DNA from: an uncultured Chloroflexia bacterium
GTDB taxonomy: Bacteria > Chloroflexota > Limnocylindria > Limnocylindrales > CSP1-4
Length of the DNA: 64,000 nucleotides
Reading direction: 5' to 3'
Assembly (NCBI GenBank): GCA_963813335.1
Contig: CAWEYL010000001.1
Coordinates: 352,001-416,000, forward strand
The notes under the pieces are model-generated. The model was not told the DNA's origin. It saw nothing but the letters and a program-made list of their open reading frames with translations, and did not search any database. Of this stretch, positions 40,608 to 52,284 are shown piece after piece; positions within the stretch are counted from its first letter, which is position 1, and each line of letters begins with the position of its first letter. The position numbers were made by a program, and so were the translations under genes.

Positions 40608-42340
40608 CAGATCTCCGTCTCGCGGCGGCGCTCCGCGAGCCTGGCCGGCGCGTAGGGGACGTAGTCCGGCCACCACATCGCCCCGTCGACGGCGGCGGCC
40701 AGCGTGTCGTGGTCGGGCGTCGCGATCCCGGCCAGCCCGGCGCGCACCGCCTCCGCGGCGACCACGTGCGCGATCGAGCGCGACACGTCGCGCAGGGCCT
40801 CGACCGGCGGGTAGAGGGCTCCGCGCTCGAGCCGGTCGGCCGTGACCGCGTCGGCCAGCGTCCGCGCGGCCAGCAGGAACATCCGCTGGGTGATGCGCCC
40901 CGCCTCCGCCACGATCGCCCCGAGGCCGACGCCCGGGAAGATGAACACGTTGTTCGCCTGCCCGATCTCATGCCGCCGTCCGTCGCGCTCCACCGCGTCG
41001 AACGGCGAGCCGGTCGCGATGATCGCGCGGCCGTCGGTCCAGTCGAGGATGTCGCGCGGCACCGCCTCCGCGGCCGAGGTCGGGTTCGACAGCGGCAGGA
41101 CGATCGGTCGCGGTGTGCCCTCGGCCATCGCGCGGAGCGCGGCTTCGGTGAACGCGCCGGCGACCCCGGTCGTGCCGACCAGCACGGTCGGGCGCAGCCG
41201 CCGGATCGTGCCGACCAGGTCCGTCGGCCCGGCATCCGGGCCGGGCGCGGGCACCGCCAGCACGCGCTTCATCTCGTCGAGGTCGTCGCGGCCCTCGTGG
41301 ACGAGGCCGTGCGTGTCGACAGCCGCGATCGCCCGCGCCGCGTCGGCCGGCGACAGCCCGGCCTCGAGCATCGCCAGGCGGAGCAGCCGGTAGATGCCGA
41401 TCCCCGCCGCGCCCGCGCCGACCAGCACGATCCGGGCGTCCGCGAGGGCGCTGCCCGTCGCGCGCAGCCCCGCCAGCACGCCCGCCACGACGACCGCCGC
41501 CGTCCCCTGGATGTCGTCGTTGAACGACGGCACGCGCTCCGCGTAGCGGTCGAGCAGCCGCAGCGCGTTGGTCTGCTTGAAGTCCTCGAACTGGATGATG
41601 CAGCCGGGCCAGACGTGCTCGACCCCGGTGACGAACGCCTCCACGAGCGCGTCGTATTCCGCGCCGCGCAGGCGCGGCGCCCGGTGTCCGAGGTAGAGCG
41701 GGTCCGCGAGGAGGGCCGGGTTGTCCGTCCCGACGTCGAGGGACACCGGGAGCGTCAGCGCCGGATGGATGCCGCAGGCCGCCGTGTACAGGGCGAGCTT
41801 GCCGATCGGGATCGCCATGCCGCCGGCGCCCTGGTCGCCGAGGCCCAGGATGCGCTCGTTGTCGGTGACGACGATGAGCCGGACATCCTCGTACGGGCCC
41901 TGGCGGAGCATGTCCGGGATGCGGTCGACATCCGCCGGCGTGATCCAGGTGCCGCGCGTGCGGCGGATGATGTGGCTGTACTCCTGGCAGGCCCGTCCGA
42001 CGGTGGGCGTGTAGACGATCGGCAGGAACTCGTGGAGGTGCTCGGCGAGCAGCCGGTAGAAGAGCGTCGCGTTGCGGTCCTGCAGCGCGGCGAGCCCGAT
42101 GTAGCGCTCGAGCGCGTCGTCCTTGCGCCGGAGGTGCTCGAGCTCGAGCTCCATCTGCTCCTCGATGGTCAGCACGCGGTCCGGGAGCAGTCCGTGCAGG
42201 CGGAAGGCGTCCCGCTCCTCGTGCGGGAAGGCGAGGTCCTTGGTCAGGAGGCGGCTCCCGAGCAGCGCCGGCCCGGCGAGCCGGATGGCGGCGGGACGGC
42301 CGGCGGCGATGTCGTCGTACGGATCGGGCAGTCGGCGCAT
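40607..42340 (-). CDS. maeA: NAD-dependent malic enzyme
   Basis: VYTPTVG, ERILGLGD, GKLALY, QFEDF, FNDDIQGT, LSNPT, GQANN. Confidence 0.93.
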   Translation of the reverse strand: MRRLPDPYDDIAAGRPAAIRLAGPALLGSRLLTKDLAFPHEERDAFRLHGLLPDRVLTIEEQMELELEHLRRKDDALERYIGLAALQDRNATLFYRLLAEHLHEFLPIVYTPTVGRACQEYSHIIRRTRGTWITPADVDRIPDMLRQGPYEDVRLIVVTDNERILGLGDQGAGGMAIPIGKLALYTAACGIHPALTLPVSLDVGTDNPALLADPLYLGHRAPRLRGAEYDALVEAFVTGVEHVWPGCIIQFEDFKQTNALRLLDRYAERVPSFNDDIQGTAAVVVAGVLAGLRATGSALADARIVLVGAGAAGIGIYRLLRLAMLEAGLSPADAARAIAAVDTHGLVHEGRDDLDEMKRVLAVPAPGPDAGPTDLVGTIRRLRPTVLVGTTGVAGAFTEAALRAMAEGTPRPIVLPLSNPTSAAEAVPRDILDWTDGRAIIATGSPFDAVERDGRRHEIGQANNVFIFPGVGLGAIVAEAGRITQRMFLLAARTLADAVTADRLERGALYPPVEALRDVSRSIAHVVAAEAVRAGLAGIATPDHDTLAAAVDGAMWWPDYVPYAPARLAERRRETEI

Positions 42341-42421
42341 CCCCTCGAGGATAGCGGTCCCGGTCGCCGCTAGCCCCATCGCGGGGTGGCCATCCGCGCC
42401 CGTCCCGGGCATCCTGTGGGC

Positions 42422-44042
42422 ATGCATCCCCGACCCGCCGCCCTTGTGTTGGCCGTCCCGCTGCTGCTCGCGACCATCCTGACGGCCGCCGGAGCGACCG
42501 ATCCGGCCCCCGCGAACGCCGCCTTCCCGGCCAAGGACAGCCGCTACCACGACTACGCCGAGATGGTCGCCACGATCCAGGCGGCGCAGGCCGCGCACCC
42601 CGACATCGTGCAGGTGCAGTCGATCGGCAAGAGCTACCAGGGCCGGGATATCTGGGCGGTCAAGGTCTCGGACAACGTGGCCGTCGACGAGCTCGAGCCC
42701 GAGGTCCTGTTCGACGGGCTCCATCACGCCCGCGAGCACCTCTCGCGTCGAGCAGACCCTGGCCATCCTCGGCTGGCTGACCGACGGCTACGGCACCGAC
42801 GCGGCCATCACCCGCCTGGTGAACCAGCGCGAGATCTGGCTCGTGCCGATGGTCAACCCGGACGGCGGCGAGTACGACATCGCCGGGACCACGTACCGGG
42901 CGTGGCGCAAGAACCGCCAGCCCAACAGCGGGACGACGGCGATCGGCACCGACATCAACCGCAACTACGGCTACCACTGGGCGTGCTGCCACGGCTCGTC
43001 GGCCACGAAGTCGTCCGCGACCTACCACGGCTCGGCGGCCTTCTCGACGCCGGAGGCGCGTGTGCTGCGCGACTTCATGGCTCAGCCGCCGCGTGGACGG
43101 ACAGCAGCAGATCAAGGCGGCCATCACGTTCCACACCGCGGGCGAGCAGGTGCTCTGGCCGTATGGCTACACGAAGACCGACGTGCCGGCCGACATGACC
43201 GCGCGCCGACCACGCGGCGCTGGTGGCCATCGGCAAGCACATGGCCGCGACGAACGGCTACACGCCGATGCAGTCGAGCTCGCTGTACGTCACCGACGGC
43301 GACGAGATCGACTGGGCGTACGGCACGCAGCGGATCTGGATGTACACGTTCGAGCTGTACCCGTCGCACAGCAAGGTCAGCGGGAACGCCCGCTTCTACC
43401 CCGCCGGACGAGCTGATCGCCGCGGGAGACCGACCCGGAACAAGGCCGCGATCCTGTACCTCATCGACCACGCCGGCTGCCTCTACGCGGTGATCGGCCT
43501 GACCCAGGCGAACTGCGGGCCGTTCTTCGACGACTTCGAGATCGCCCGCGGCTGGACCGTCGAACCCGCTCGGGACGGACACCGCGACGTCCGGGGCCTG
43601 GCAGCGCGGGACCCCGCAGGCGACGGCGCGGCAGACCGGCACGGCGATCTCCGGCGTCGCGCGTCATCGCCACGGGGCCGGCGGCCGGCTCGAGCGTCGA
43701 TGCGAACGACCTCGACGGCATCACCAGCATCCGCTCGGCGCTGATCAACGCTGCCGGCGACGCTCGGCAAGCTGACGTTCCGCTACTACCTCGCCCACAG
43801 CTCGAACTCGTCGCCGCAGGACTACTTCCGGGCCTGGGTCGAGCGCGAGGACGGGACCCGCACGCTCGTCCGTCAGGAGCTCGGAGCCGCCAACCTCGAC
43901 AACCCGCACTGGACCGCGATCAGCGTGCCGTTGACCCCGTGGGCCGGCGAGACGGGTCCGGATCGTCTTCGAGGCGGGCGACGTCGGCGCGTCGAGCACG
44001 GTCGAGGCGGCCGTGGACGACGTGCGGGTCACTCGCCCGTAA
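42422..44042 (+). CDS. Secreted M14 zinc carboxypeptidase (carboxypeptidase T-like; many frameshifts)
   Basis: HHAREH, VNPDG, WRKNR, DINRNY, AFSTPE, TFH, FELYP. Confidence 0.85.
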
Positions 44043-45216
44043 CGAGCGGCAGGGCGAACCGGAACGTCGTCCCGCCACCGGCCGGCGAACCTACCGAGAT
44101 CGTCCCGCCGTGGGCCTCCACGAGCCCGCGCGCGATCGCCAGCCCCAGTCCGGAGCCGCGCGAGTCGGTGCCCTTGACGAAGCGGTCGAAGACGTGCGGG
44201 AGCAGCGCTGGATCGATCCCTGGCCCGGTGTCCGCGACGCTCAGGACGAGCCACGACGCCCTCGACGGCCCCGCCGATCGTCACGCGACCGCCGGCCGGC
44301 GTGTGGCGGAGCGCGTTGGCCACCAGGTTCGAGAGCACCTCGCGGATGCGGACGGGTCGATCTCGAGGATCGGCAGGTCGCCGTTGGAGACGTCGAGGCG
44401 ATCGCCACGGCGGCCGCCTCGGCCGCCGGTCGGAACGAGCGCGACGACGTCGGCGACGAGCAGGTCCGGGTCGGTCGGCTCCGGGATGGAGCGGCAGCGT
44501 GCCGGCCTCGGACAGCGCGATCGTGCGCAGGTCGTCGATCAGCCGACTCGAGGACGCGGGTCTCGTCGAGGATCGGCGCGAGGTGGGCCGGCGTCGGGCG
44601 GGTAGACCCCGTCGACGATCGCCTCGAGATTGCCGGTGATGACCGCAGCGGCGTGCGCAGCTCGTGGCTGACGTCGGCGAGCAGCGTTGCGGCGCTGCTC
44701 CTCGTCGGTCTCGAGCCGGGCGGCCATCGTGTCGAAGCCGCGGGCGAGCTCCTGGATCGGCTGCGAGATCGGACCGCGGTCCGGCCGACCCGGACCCCGT
44801 AGTCGCCGTCCTCGACCCGACGGGTCGCGTCGACCATCCGGTCGAGGTCGCGTGCGGCGCCGAGGCGTCCGCGCAGCAGCCCAGCGACGAGCACGATGCA
44901 CGACGACCGCGACGATGATGATCCCGGCAGCGGCCCGAGGCTCGACGAGGACCGACGCGCATCGCCGCGACGAGCGACCCGACGATGATCGAGGAACAGC
45001 AGCGCGAAGAGGCAGCCGAACCCCTGGCGGCGCATGCCACGGCGCCCCGCCGCGGGCGTCCTGGCTCGGGCATAGCGCGCGCGACGGCGCATCTGGCGCG
45101 CCCACGGGTCATGGATGTCCCAGTCGGGGTCGTTCCAGGGGCGGGTGCGGCCGCGGTCGGCCCGCCAGCGCGGTCCGGCGGGCCGGGCGGCGTGGTGCGC
45201 TCGGGCCGGCGCTCAA
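44029..45216 (-). CDS. HAMP-domain sensor histidine kinase (many frameshifts; ends approximate)
   Basis: GFDTMAARL, ADVSHELRTPL, NLVANALRH, DTGPGI, GSGLGL. Confidence 0.8.
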
Positions 45217-45916
45217 GCGGCCGACCCGCGGTCGTCGGCGAACCGGTAGCCGACGCCGTAGACGGTCAGGACGTAGCGCGGCTCGCGCGGGTCTGGCTCG
45301 ACCTTGCGGCGCAGGTTCTTGATGTGCGAATCGATCGCCCGCTCGTACGACTCGAACGCGACGCCGCGGAGCGCGTCGAGCAGCTGCGAGCGGGTGAAGA
45401 TGCGGCCCGGGCTGGCGGCCAGCGTCGCGAGGAGCCCGAATTCGGTCGCGGTGAGGTCGACGGTCCGGCCGGCCGACCTCGGCGCGCATCCGCGGCACGT
45501 CGAGGACCACGTCGCCGGCGCGGATGATCGTCGGCCGCCGCGGGCGGCCGCGCCCTCGGTCCGACGGAGGACCGCCTTGACCCGCGCGACCAGCTCGCGC
45601 GGGCAGAACGGCTTGGTCAGGTAGTCGTCGGCCCCGAGCTCGAGGCCGAGCAGCTTGTCGAGCTCGTCGTCGCGCGCGGTGAGCATGACGATCGGGATGG
45701 TCGAGTCGCGGCGCAGCTCGCGGGTGACGTCGAGGCCGTCGAGTCCCGGGCAGGCCGAGGTCGAGGACGACGAGGTCGGGGCGATGGCGGCGGACCGCTC
45801 GCGAGCGCGGACGGGCCGTCGGCCGCGGTCAGCACCGCGAACCCGGCGTGCTCGAGGTAGTCGCGGGCGAGCTGGACGATCTTCGGCTTCGTCGTCGACG
45901 ACGAGGACGGTCTCAT
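45213..45916 (-). CDS. OmpR/PhoB-family response regulator (frameshifts)
   Basis: MLTARDDELDKLLGLELGADDYLTKPF, LTATEF, IDSHIKNLRRKVE, VYGVGYRF. Confidence 0.85.
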
Positions 45917-45990
45917 GCGCGGCATCGTAGTGGGGTAGGGGAGACGGATGCGCCCCCGGGCCGTGGACCGGGGGGCGCTGGGATGGGAGG

Positions 45991-46500
45991 TCAGCCGGCC
46001 GTGGCCGGCGGCGGTGGCCGGTCCCGCGCTCGCCGGGGTCGGTCGGCGCTCGTCGACCGGGCGGCCGGGTCGTGCGCGTCGCGGTGCCAGTCGTCGAAGT
46101 CCTCGTGCGCAGGACGCCTCCCAGCGGTCGTAGCGGCTGCCACCTGGCCGGCCCGTAGCCGGGGCCGCCGGGACCGCACCGGCCCGCCGGGACCCCAGCC
46201 GCCTGGCGCCCCAGGGCGGTGCCGGCCGCCGAAGAAGATCGCCCGGATGAGCCCGAAGACGATGAACGAGGAAGAGGAGGGCTCCGAGGAACCCGAAGAT
46301 CCCGAAGCCGAAGCCGAACGGGTGCCAGCCGTAGCCGACGCCGTAGGCGGGGACGACGACCGGCGTGACGACCGGCGCCGCTGGCGGCCGCGGTGGTGAC
46401 CGCGGTCTGGAGCCCGGCCTGGTAGGCGGTCGTGGCGATGACGCCCGCCGCCGATCGCGAGGACGGCGATCAGCAGGATCGCGGCGATGATGCGGCGCAT
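45991..46500 (-). CDS. Membrane protein co-oriented with the two-component pair (frameshifts)
   Basis: MRRIIAAILLIAVLAIGG, GWHPFGFGFGIFGFLG, FDDWHRDAH pieces across frames. Confidence 0.65.
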   Translation of the reverse strand: MRRIIAAILLIAVLAIGGGRHRHDRLPGRAPDRGHHRGRQRRRSSRRSSSPPTASATAGTRSASASGSSGSSEPSSSSFIVFGLIRAIFFGGRHRPGAPGGWGPGGPVRSRRPRLRAGQVAAATTAGRRPAHEDFDDWHRDAHDPAARSTSADRPRRARDRPPPPATAG

Positions 46501-46569
46501 GCTGCGCTGCACTCCTTGTCTGTGCGGGTCCACCTCGGACCCTGTCTGCGGCACAGCCTCGCCCGGCGG

Positions 46570-46587
46570 TGTGGAGCGAGTGTGGAG
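46570..46587 (-). promoter_or_regulatory. OmpR-type direct-repeat box CTCCACA-N4-CTCCACA
   Basis: TGTGGAG at 46570 and 46581 (11-bp period), upstream of the membrane gene/RR/HK unit. Confidence 0.6.
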
Positions 46588-46615
46588 AGGGCGTGGCGCG
46601 CTGGTCGAGGTAGTC

Positions 46616-46644
46616 TTGACAGTGCAACGTCGCACTGTTAGGAT
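46616..46644 (+). promoter_or_regulatory. Sigma70 promoter with palindromic operator in the spacer
   Basis: TTGACA(46616)-17 nt-TAGGAT(46639); ACAGTGC-N6-GCACTGT at 46619-46638. Confidence 0.8.
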
Positions 46645-46651
46645 ACGGCCA

Positions 46652-47284
46652 GTGCCAGACGACCACGCTACTCGCTCACCGAGCTCGCCGACCTGGCCGG
46701 GGTCACCCCGCGCACGGTCCGCTACTACCTCGCCTCGGGCCTGCTGCCGGCGTCCGGGCCAGTCCGGCCCGGGCGCCAAGTACGGCGACGAGGACCTGGC
46801 CCGTCTGCGCCTGATCCGGCGGCTCCAGCGCGGAGCACCTACCGCTCGCCGAGATCCGGCGCCGGATCGAGGGCCTCGACGACGAGGACGTGCGCGCCCT
46901 CGCCCTCGAAGCGCAACCCCGCCGACCGACTCCGCCTGGAGTACCTCCGCCGCGTGCTCGAACCCGCCCGCCCCGCCCCGCCGTCCCCGTCGAGCGCAGC
47001 GGCCCGACCGGCGCAGCTCCTGCGCCGGCTGGCCAGCGAGGGCCCGCCGTCCGACTGGCGGCCGGCCGCGATGCCATCGCTCGCGGCGGCGTCGCCGCCG
47101 TCGGCCCCCACGGAGGTGGCTCGCCCGGCAACGACCGTCGGTCGACCGCTCGCAGTGGGAGCGGATCGCCCTCGCCCCCGATGTCGAACTCCACGTCCGT
47201 CGGCCGCTGAGCCGGCTCCAGAACAAGCGGGTGGACCGTCTCGTGACGATCGCCCGAGAACTCCTCGAGGAGGACCGATCATGA
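46652..47284 (+). CDS. MerR-family HTH regulator (frameshifts)
   Basis: SLTELADLAGVTPRTVRYYL..GLL, YGDEDLARLRLIRRLQ; C-terminal WERIALAPDVELHVR. Confidence 0.8.
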   Translation: MPDDHATRSPSSPTWPGSPRARSATTSPRACCRRPGQSGPGAKYGDEDLARLRLIRRLQRGAPTARRDPAPDRGPRRRGRARPRPRSATPPTDSAWSTSAACSNPPAPPRRPRRAQRPDRRSSCAGWPARARRPTGGRPRCHRSRRRRRRRPPRRWLARQRPSVDRSQWERIALAPDVELHVRRPLSRLQNKRVDRLVTIARELLEEDRS

Positions 47285-48584
47285 CCGATCATCACGACCC
47301 AGACCTTGGAGGTCCGCCAGGACCGCCGTTTCATCCGACCCGGCAGCCACAGCAAGCGGTTCGTGCGTCGCCACGCGTGACGGCGCCCCGCGCGACCGGC
47401 GAGCGCGGCGCCGGCCGCCTGTCAATCTGGCGATCGTGCTCGACCGCTCCGGCTCGATGTCCGGGCCGAAGCTGGCCATCGCGAAGCTCGCCATCGAGGA
47501 GGCCATCGGCCGGCTCGAGGCCGAGGACCGCTTCAGCCTCGTGGTGTACGACGACATCGTCGACGTCGTCTTCGAGTCGACGCCCGCCACGCCCGGCGCG
47601 CGCCGCGGCGGCGATCGACCGGCTGCGCGACATCGAGGCGCGCGGCAGCACCAACCTCGCAGAGGGCTGGCTGCGCGGCTGCGAGCAGGTCGCCGCGCAT
47701 CTCGCGGCCGGACGGCGTCGACCGCTGCCTGCTCCTGACCGACGGCCTGGCCAACGTCGGGATCACCGATCCCGACGACGCTGACCGGTCACGCGGCCGC
47801 GCTCCGCGCGCGGGGCGTGTCCACGACCACGTTCGGGGTCGGCAACGTACTTCGACGAGGGGCTGCTCCAGGCGCTCGCCGACGCCGGCGGCGGTCACTT
47901 CTACTACATCGCCGACGCGCCGCAGATCCGCGACGCCATCACCTCCGAGGTGGGGGAGACGCTCGAGGTCATCGCCCGCGACGTCGTGCTCGAGCTGACG
48001 GCGCGCGACGACATCCGGATCGAGGCGATCAGCCCCATGCCGTGACGAGCGGCGGCGACCGGACCAGCGTCGCCCTCGGTGACCTCGGTCTCCGAGCAGA
48101 TCGTCGAGGTGGTGCTGCGGCTGTCGTTCCCGTACGGGGACGCTCGGCCGCGAGACCGGGGCGATCGTGGCCCTGACCGACCGCGACGGCGTCTTCGCCG
48201 GCAGCGGCACCGCGCCGATGGAGCCCGTTCGGCTGACGTGGACCTACGCGGACGACCAAGCCAACGACGCGCAGCCGCGCGACCGCGAGGTCGACCGTGC
48301 CGTCGCCCGGGTGTTCGCGGCCCGGGCCCGCCAGGAGGCTGTCGCGAGCAACCGCGGCGGCGACTTCGCCAACGCGGGCCGGGTCCTGGCCGCCACGGCT
48401 CGACGCATCCGCGCCTACGCGGGCAAGGACGCCGAGTTGCGCGAGCGTGGCCCGGACGCTGGAGGCCGAGCAGGGCCTCTATGCGGCCCCGATGGCGGAG
48501 TCAGCGCGCAAGCAGGCGCACTACGCGAGCGCGAACGCCCTGCGCAGCCGCGACGCGATGGGGCACTCCCGGCGCGAGGCCTGA
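47281..48584 (+). CDS. von Willebrand factor A domain protein (frameshifts)
   Basis: VLDRSGSMSG MIDAS, GSTNL..GW, LLTDGLANVG, TTFGVG, GGGHFYYI; ATGA overlap with MerR. Confidence 0.82.
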
Positions 48585-48693
48585 TCACGCACGGAGCGGG
48601 CGTTCGGGGCTTGACTGCGCGGTATAGTCCCTTCGTCAGGCCCCGTTCATCCGCACGTGCCCAGCGGCGGGAGCCAGGAAGCGGAGGGTTCGG

Positions 48694-49336
48694 ATGTCCA
48701 TCGAAGGCGTCATCGTCGGCCTGCTGGCCGTCGTGATCGGTGCGGCCTGGGCGATCTACGGTCTCAAGTTCTTCACGATCCTGCTACCGCTGTGGGCCTT
48801 CATCTTCGGCCTGGCCGCGGGCGCGCAGTGGAGCCAGGAGATCTTCGGCCAGGGCTTCTTCTCGACGGTCCTGTCGTGGATCATCGGGTTCGGGTTCGGC
48901 CTGTTCCTCGCGGTGATCTCGTTCTTCTGGTACTACGCTGCGGTCGTGATCCTGGGCGGCGCCCTGGGCTACGCCCTCGGTGTCGGCCTGATGGACTGGC
49001 TGAACATCGATGCGAGCGTCCTCGGGATCCTCGTCGGCCTGATCGTCGGGGCGGTCTTCGCCTTCGCGACGTTCGTCCTCGGTGTGCCGGTCTTCCTGGT
49101 GATCTACTTGTCGGCCATCAGCGGCGCGGCGGCAGTCGTCAACGGGGTGCTGGTCGGGCTCGGGATCGATCAAGCTGGCGGATGCTCGATTCCAGCTTCT
49201 TCAATGCCCTCTTCAAGGAGGGCGCCGTCGGGATCATCGCGTGGATCGTCCTCTCGGTGGTCGCGATCATGTACGGCAGCTCCGTGACGTCGGGCGGACG
49301 GCCGCCTCGATCGACCGGGCGGCCTACCGCTACTAG
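48694..49336 (+). CDS. DUF4203-like multi-pass membrane protein (frameshifts near 3' end)
   Basis: [18 protein letters not shown]; about six hydrophobic helices; [11 protein letters not shown]. Confidence 0.7.
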
Positions 49337-49358
49337 CCCATCGGGGATCGCCCCGACC

Positions 49359-50885
49359 ATGCAGCCGCGGTCGCTCGTCGCCGCCATCGACCAGGGGACG
49401 ACGAGCAGCCGCTGCATCCTCTTCGACCGGTCCGGCTCGGTCGTCGCCAGCCACCAGCTGGAGCACGAGCAGATCACGCCCCGGCCCGGCTGGGTCGAGC
49501 ACGATCCCGACGAGATCGTCGAACGCGTCCGTGCGTGCGTCCGCATCGCGCTGCGCGACGTCGGGCGCCGACGCCGGCGCGCTGGCCGCCGTCGGCATCA
49601 GCGACCAGCGCGAGACGACGGTCGTCTGGGACCGCCGGACCGGGCGGCCCGTCCACAACGCCATCGTCTGGCAGGACACCCGGACGGCCGACGCGGCCGA
49701 GCGCCTCGCCGCCGGCGGACCCGGGCGGCATGGACCGGTTCCGCGCGACGACCGGCCTGCCGATCTCGACCTACTCGTCGGCGCTCAAGCTCGCCTGGAT
49801 CCTCGAGGCCGGCGGCCCCGACCGGCGGGCGGCGGCGGAGGCCGGCGACCTCCTCTTCGGCACCATCGACAGCTGGCTGATCTGGAAGCTCACCGGCGGG
49901 CTCCATGGCGGACGTCCACGTCACCGACGTCACGAACGCCTCGCGGACCATGCTGATGGGCCTCGAGACGCTCGACTGGGACCCGGCGCTGCTCGACGCG
50001 GTCGGGGTCCCGGCCGCGATGCTGCCGGGGATCCGCAGCTCGTCGGAGGTCTACGGCCACGGCGTGGGGGACCTCGCCGGCGTCCCCATCGCCGGCGATC
50101 TCGGCGACCAGCAGGCGGCGCTCTTCGGGCAGACCTGCTTCGCGCCCGGCGAGGTCAAGTGCACCTACGGCACGGGCTGCTTCATGCTCATGCACACCGG
50201 CGAGCGTCCGGTCCAGTCGAGCCATGGCCTGATCACGACGGTCGCGGCGCGGATCGGCGATGAGCCGGCCACGTATGCGCTCGAAGGTTCCGTCGCGGTC
50301 GCCGGGTCGCTGATCCAGTGGCTGCGCGACCAGCTCGGCATCATCAGCGACGCCTCGGAGGTCGAGGCGCTCGCCCGGTCCGTGCCCGACAGCGGCGACG
50401 TCGTCTTCGTCCCGGCCTTCTCCGGGCTGTTCGCGCCGCACTGGCGGAGCGACGCCCGCGGCGTGATCGCCGGGCTGACCCGCTTCGCGACGCGGGCCCA
50501 CATCGCCCGGGCCGCCCTCGAGGCCACGGCCTACCAGGTCCAGGAGCTCGGCGTGGCCATGGTCGCCGACCTCGACGCGCCGCTCCCGCCGGAACTGCGC
50601 GTCGACGGCGGGATGATCCGCAACGACTTCCTGATGCAGTTCCAGGCGGACATCCTCGGCCGGCCGGTCGTCGCGCCGCGGATCGCCGAGACGAGCGCGC
50701 TCGGGGCGGCCTATGCGGCGGGGCTGGCGGTGGGCTTCTGGCCGGACCTCGATGCGCTTCGGGCGATGGACCGGTCCGCGCGGCGCTGGGAGCCGGCGAT
50801 GAGCGAGGCCGAGCGCGCCGCCGGGATCGCGCGCTGGCACAAGGGTGTGGAACGCACGCTCGGGTGGGTCGACCCGGCCGGCTGA
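49359..50885 (+). CDS. glpK: Glycerol kinase (frameshifts in 5' third)
   Basis: [55 protein letters not shown]. Confidence 0.92.
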
Positions 50886-51102
50886 GGCGCGCCTGCAAGG
50901 TCCCTGCAACCCGAGACCGCTCGCCGGGGGCGCCGCTGCCATCCGCGAGCGGCCAAGGTGGAGCCAGCCCCGTTTCGACACGTGCCCGCGTCGACGGCTC
51001 GCGGTACCCCCACCCCATCGACGACCGGACCCTCCGGTCGCGTCCCGACCGCGCGTGCGGCACGTGTCCTCCCCCCGACGGGCATCCACGAAGGAGGACC
51101 GC

Positions 51103-52203
51103 ATGCAGCGCAGGCGAATCCTGTCGCTCGGCCTGGTCATGACCCTGTCACTGGTCATGGTCCCGGTCGCGAGCGCCCACGGCGGCTCGCATGGCAGCGA
51201 CCCCAACGACCACGGCTCCGATCGACCGGGCCAGAAGCATGTCGGCCAGACGCCCCATGGCGCGACCCAGCCGACCGCGCGGCTGGCCGCCTGGAACGAG
51301 GCGTCCGCCAAGGCCCGCGCGGCCGCGACCGCGAAGGGGCACGGCGACGCCAGGCACCACCACGCCGCCCCGCTCCCGGCGCGCATCGACCTGCCCGCCG
51401 GGTTCCAGCCTGAGGGCATCACCTCCTTCGGGAAGACGCTCTATGTCGGCTCGCTCGTCGACGGCGCCATCTGGCGAGGAAGCGCGAAGACCGGCAAGGG
51501 CGAGGTCGTGATCCCGGGCGTCGCCGGACAGTCCGCGGCGGGGATCCACATCGACTGGCGCGGACGCCTGTGGGTGGCCGGTGCGACGGACCACACGGTC
51601 CGCGTCTACAGCCTGCGAACGCGCGAGCTGCTCGCCACCTACACGTTCCCGACCGCTGGCTTCCTCAACGACCTGGTGATCACGCGCACGGGCGTCTACG
51701 CGACGGATTCGCTGAACGCCCAGCTCGCGTTCATCCCGTTCAGCCCGTGGGCGAAGCTACCGGCGCCCGACCAGGCGACCACCATCGCCCTGACCGGTGC
51801 CATGGCCATCGCCGGCGGCTTCAACGCCAACGGCATCGTCGCCAAGGGCGGCAAGCTGATCACGGTCCAGACCAACACCGGCCTGCTGTTCTCGATCGAC
51901 CCGGCGACCGGTGTCACCACCGCGATCGACACCGGCGGGTACAGCCTGCTCCACGGTGACGGTCTGCTCCTGCGGGGGCGGACGCTGTTCGTGGTCCGCA
52001 ACCAGGACGACCTGGTCGCCGTGCTCAAGCTGGGCAAGGGCCTGGCCACGGCCACGAAGGTCGCCGAGCTGACCTCCGCCGACCTCGACATCCCGACGAC
52101 CGCGACCTTCGCGGCCGGCCGGCTGTGGGTCGTCAACGCCCGGTTCTCGACGCCGCCGACGGCGACGACCGAGTACTGGATCACCCGGCTCACCGGGAAG
52201 TAG
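51103..52203 (+). CDS. Secreted SMP-30/gluconolactonase-like beta-propeller protein with His-rich N-terminus
   Basis: QRRRIL signal, LPAGFQPEGI, FLNDL, YATDS, NANGI, GDGL, PTT; AGGAGG RBS. Confidence 0.78.
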   Translation: MQRRRILSLGLVMTLSLVMVPVASAHGGSHGSDPNDHGSDRPGQKHVGQTPHGATQPTARLAAWNEASAKARAAATAKGHGDARHHHAAPLPARIDLPAGFQPEGITSFGKTLYVGSLVDGAIWRGSAKTGKGEVVIPGVAGQSAAGIHIDWRGRLWVAGATDHTVRVYSLRTRELLATYTFPTAGFLNDLVITRTGVYATDSLNAQLAFIPFSPWAKLPAPDQATTIALTGAMAIAGGFNANGIVAKGGKLITVQTNTGLLFSIDPATGVTTAIDTGGYSLLHGDGLLLRGRTLFVVRNQDDLVAVLKLGKGLATATKVAELTSADLDIPTTATFAAGRLWVVNARFSTPPTATTEYWITRLTGK

Positions 52204-52284
52204 CCGGGCACCAGGCCCGGTCCGGACGACGGGCTGCATCGAGCCGATCCATCCGGCCCTGTACAGCGGTGCGACCATGGATGG

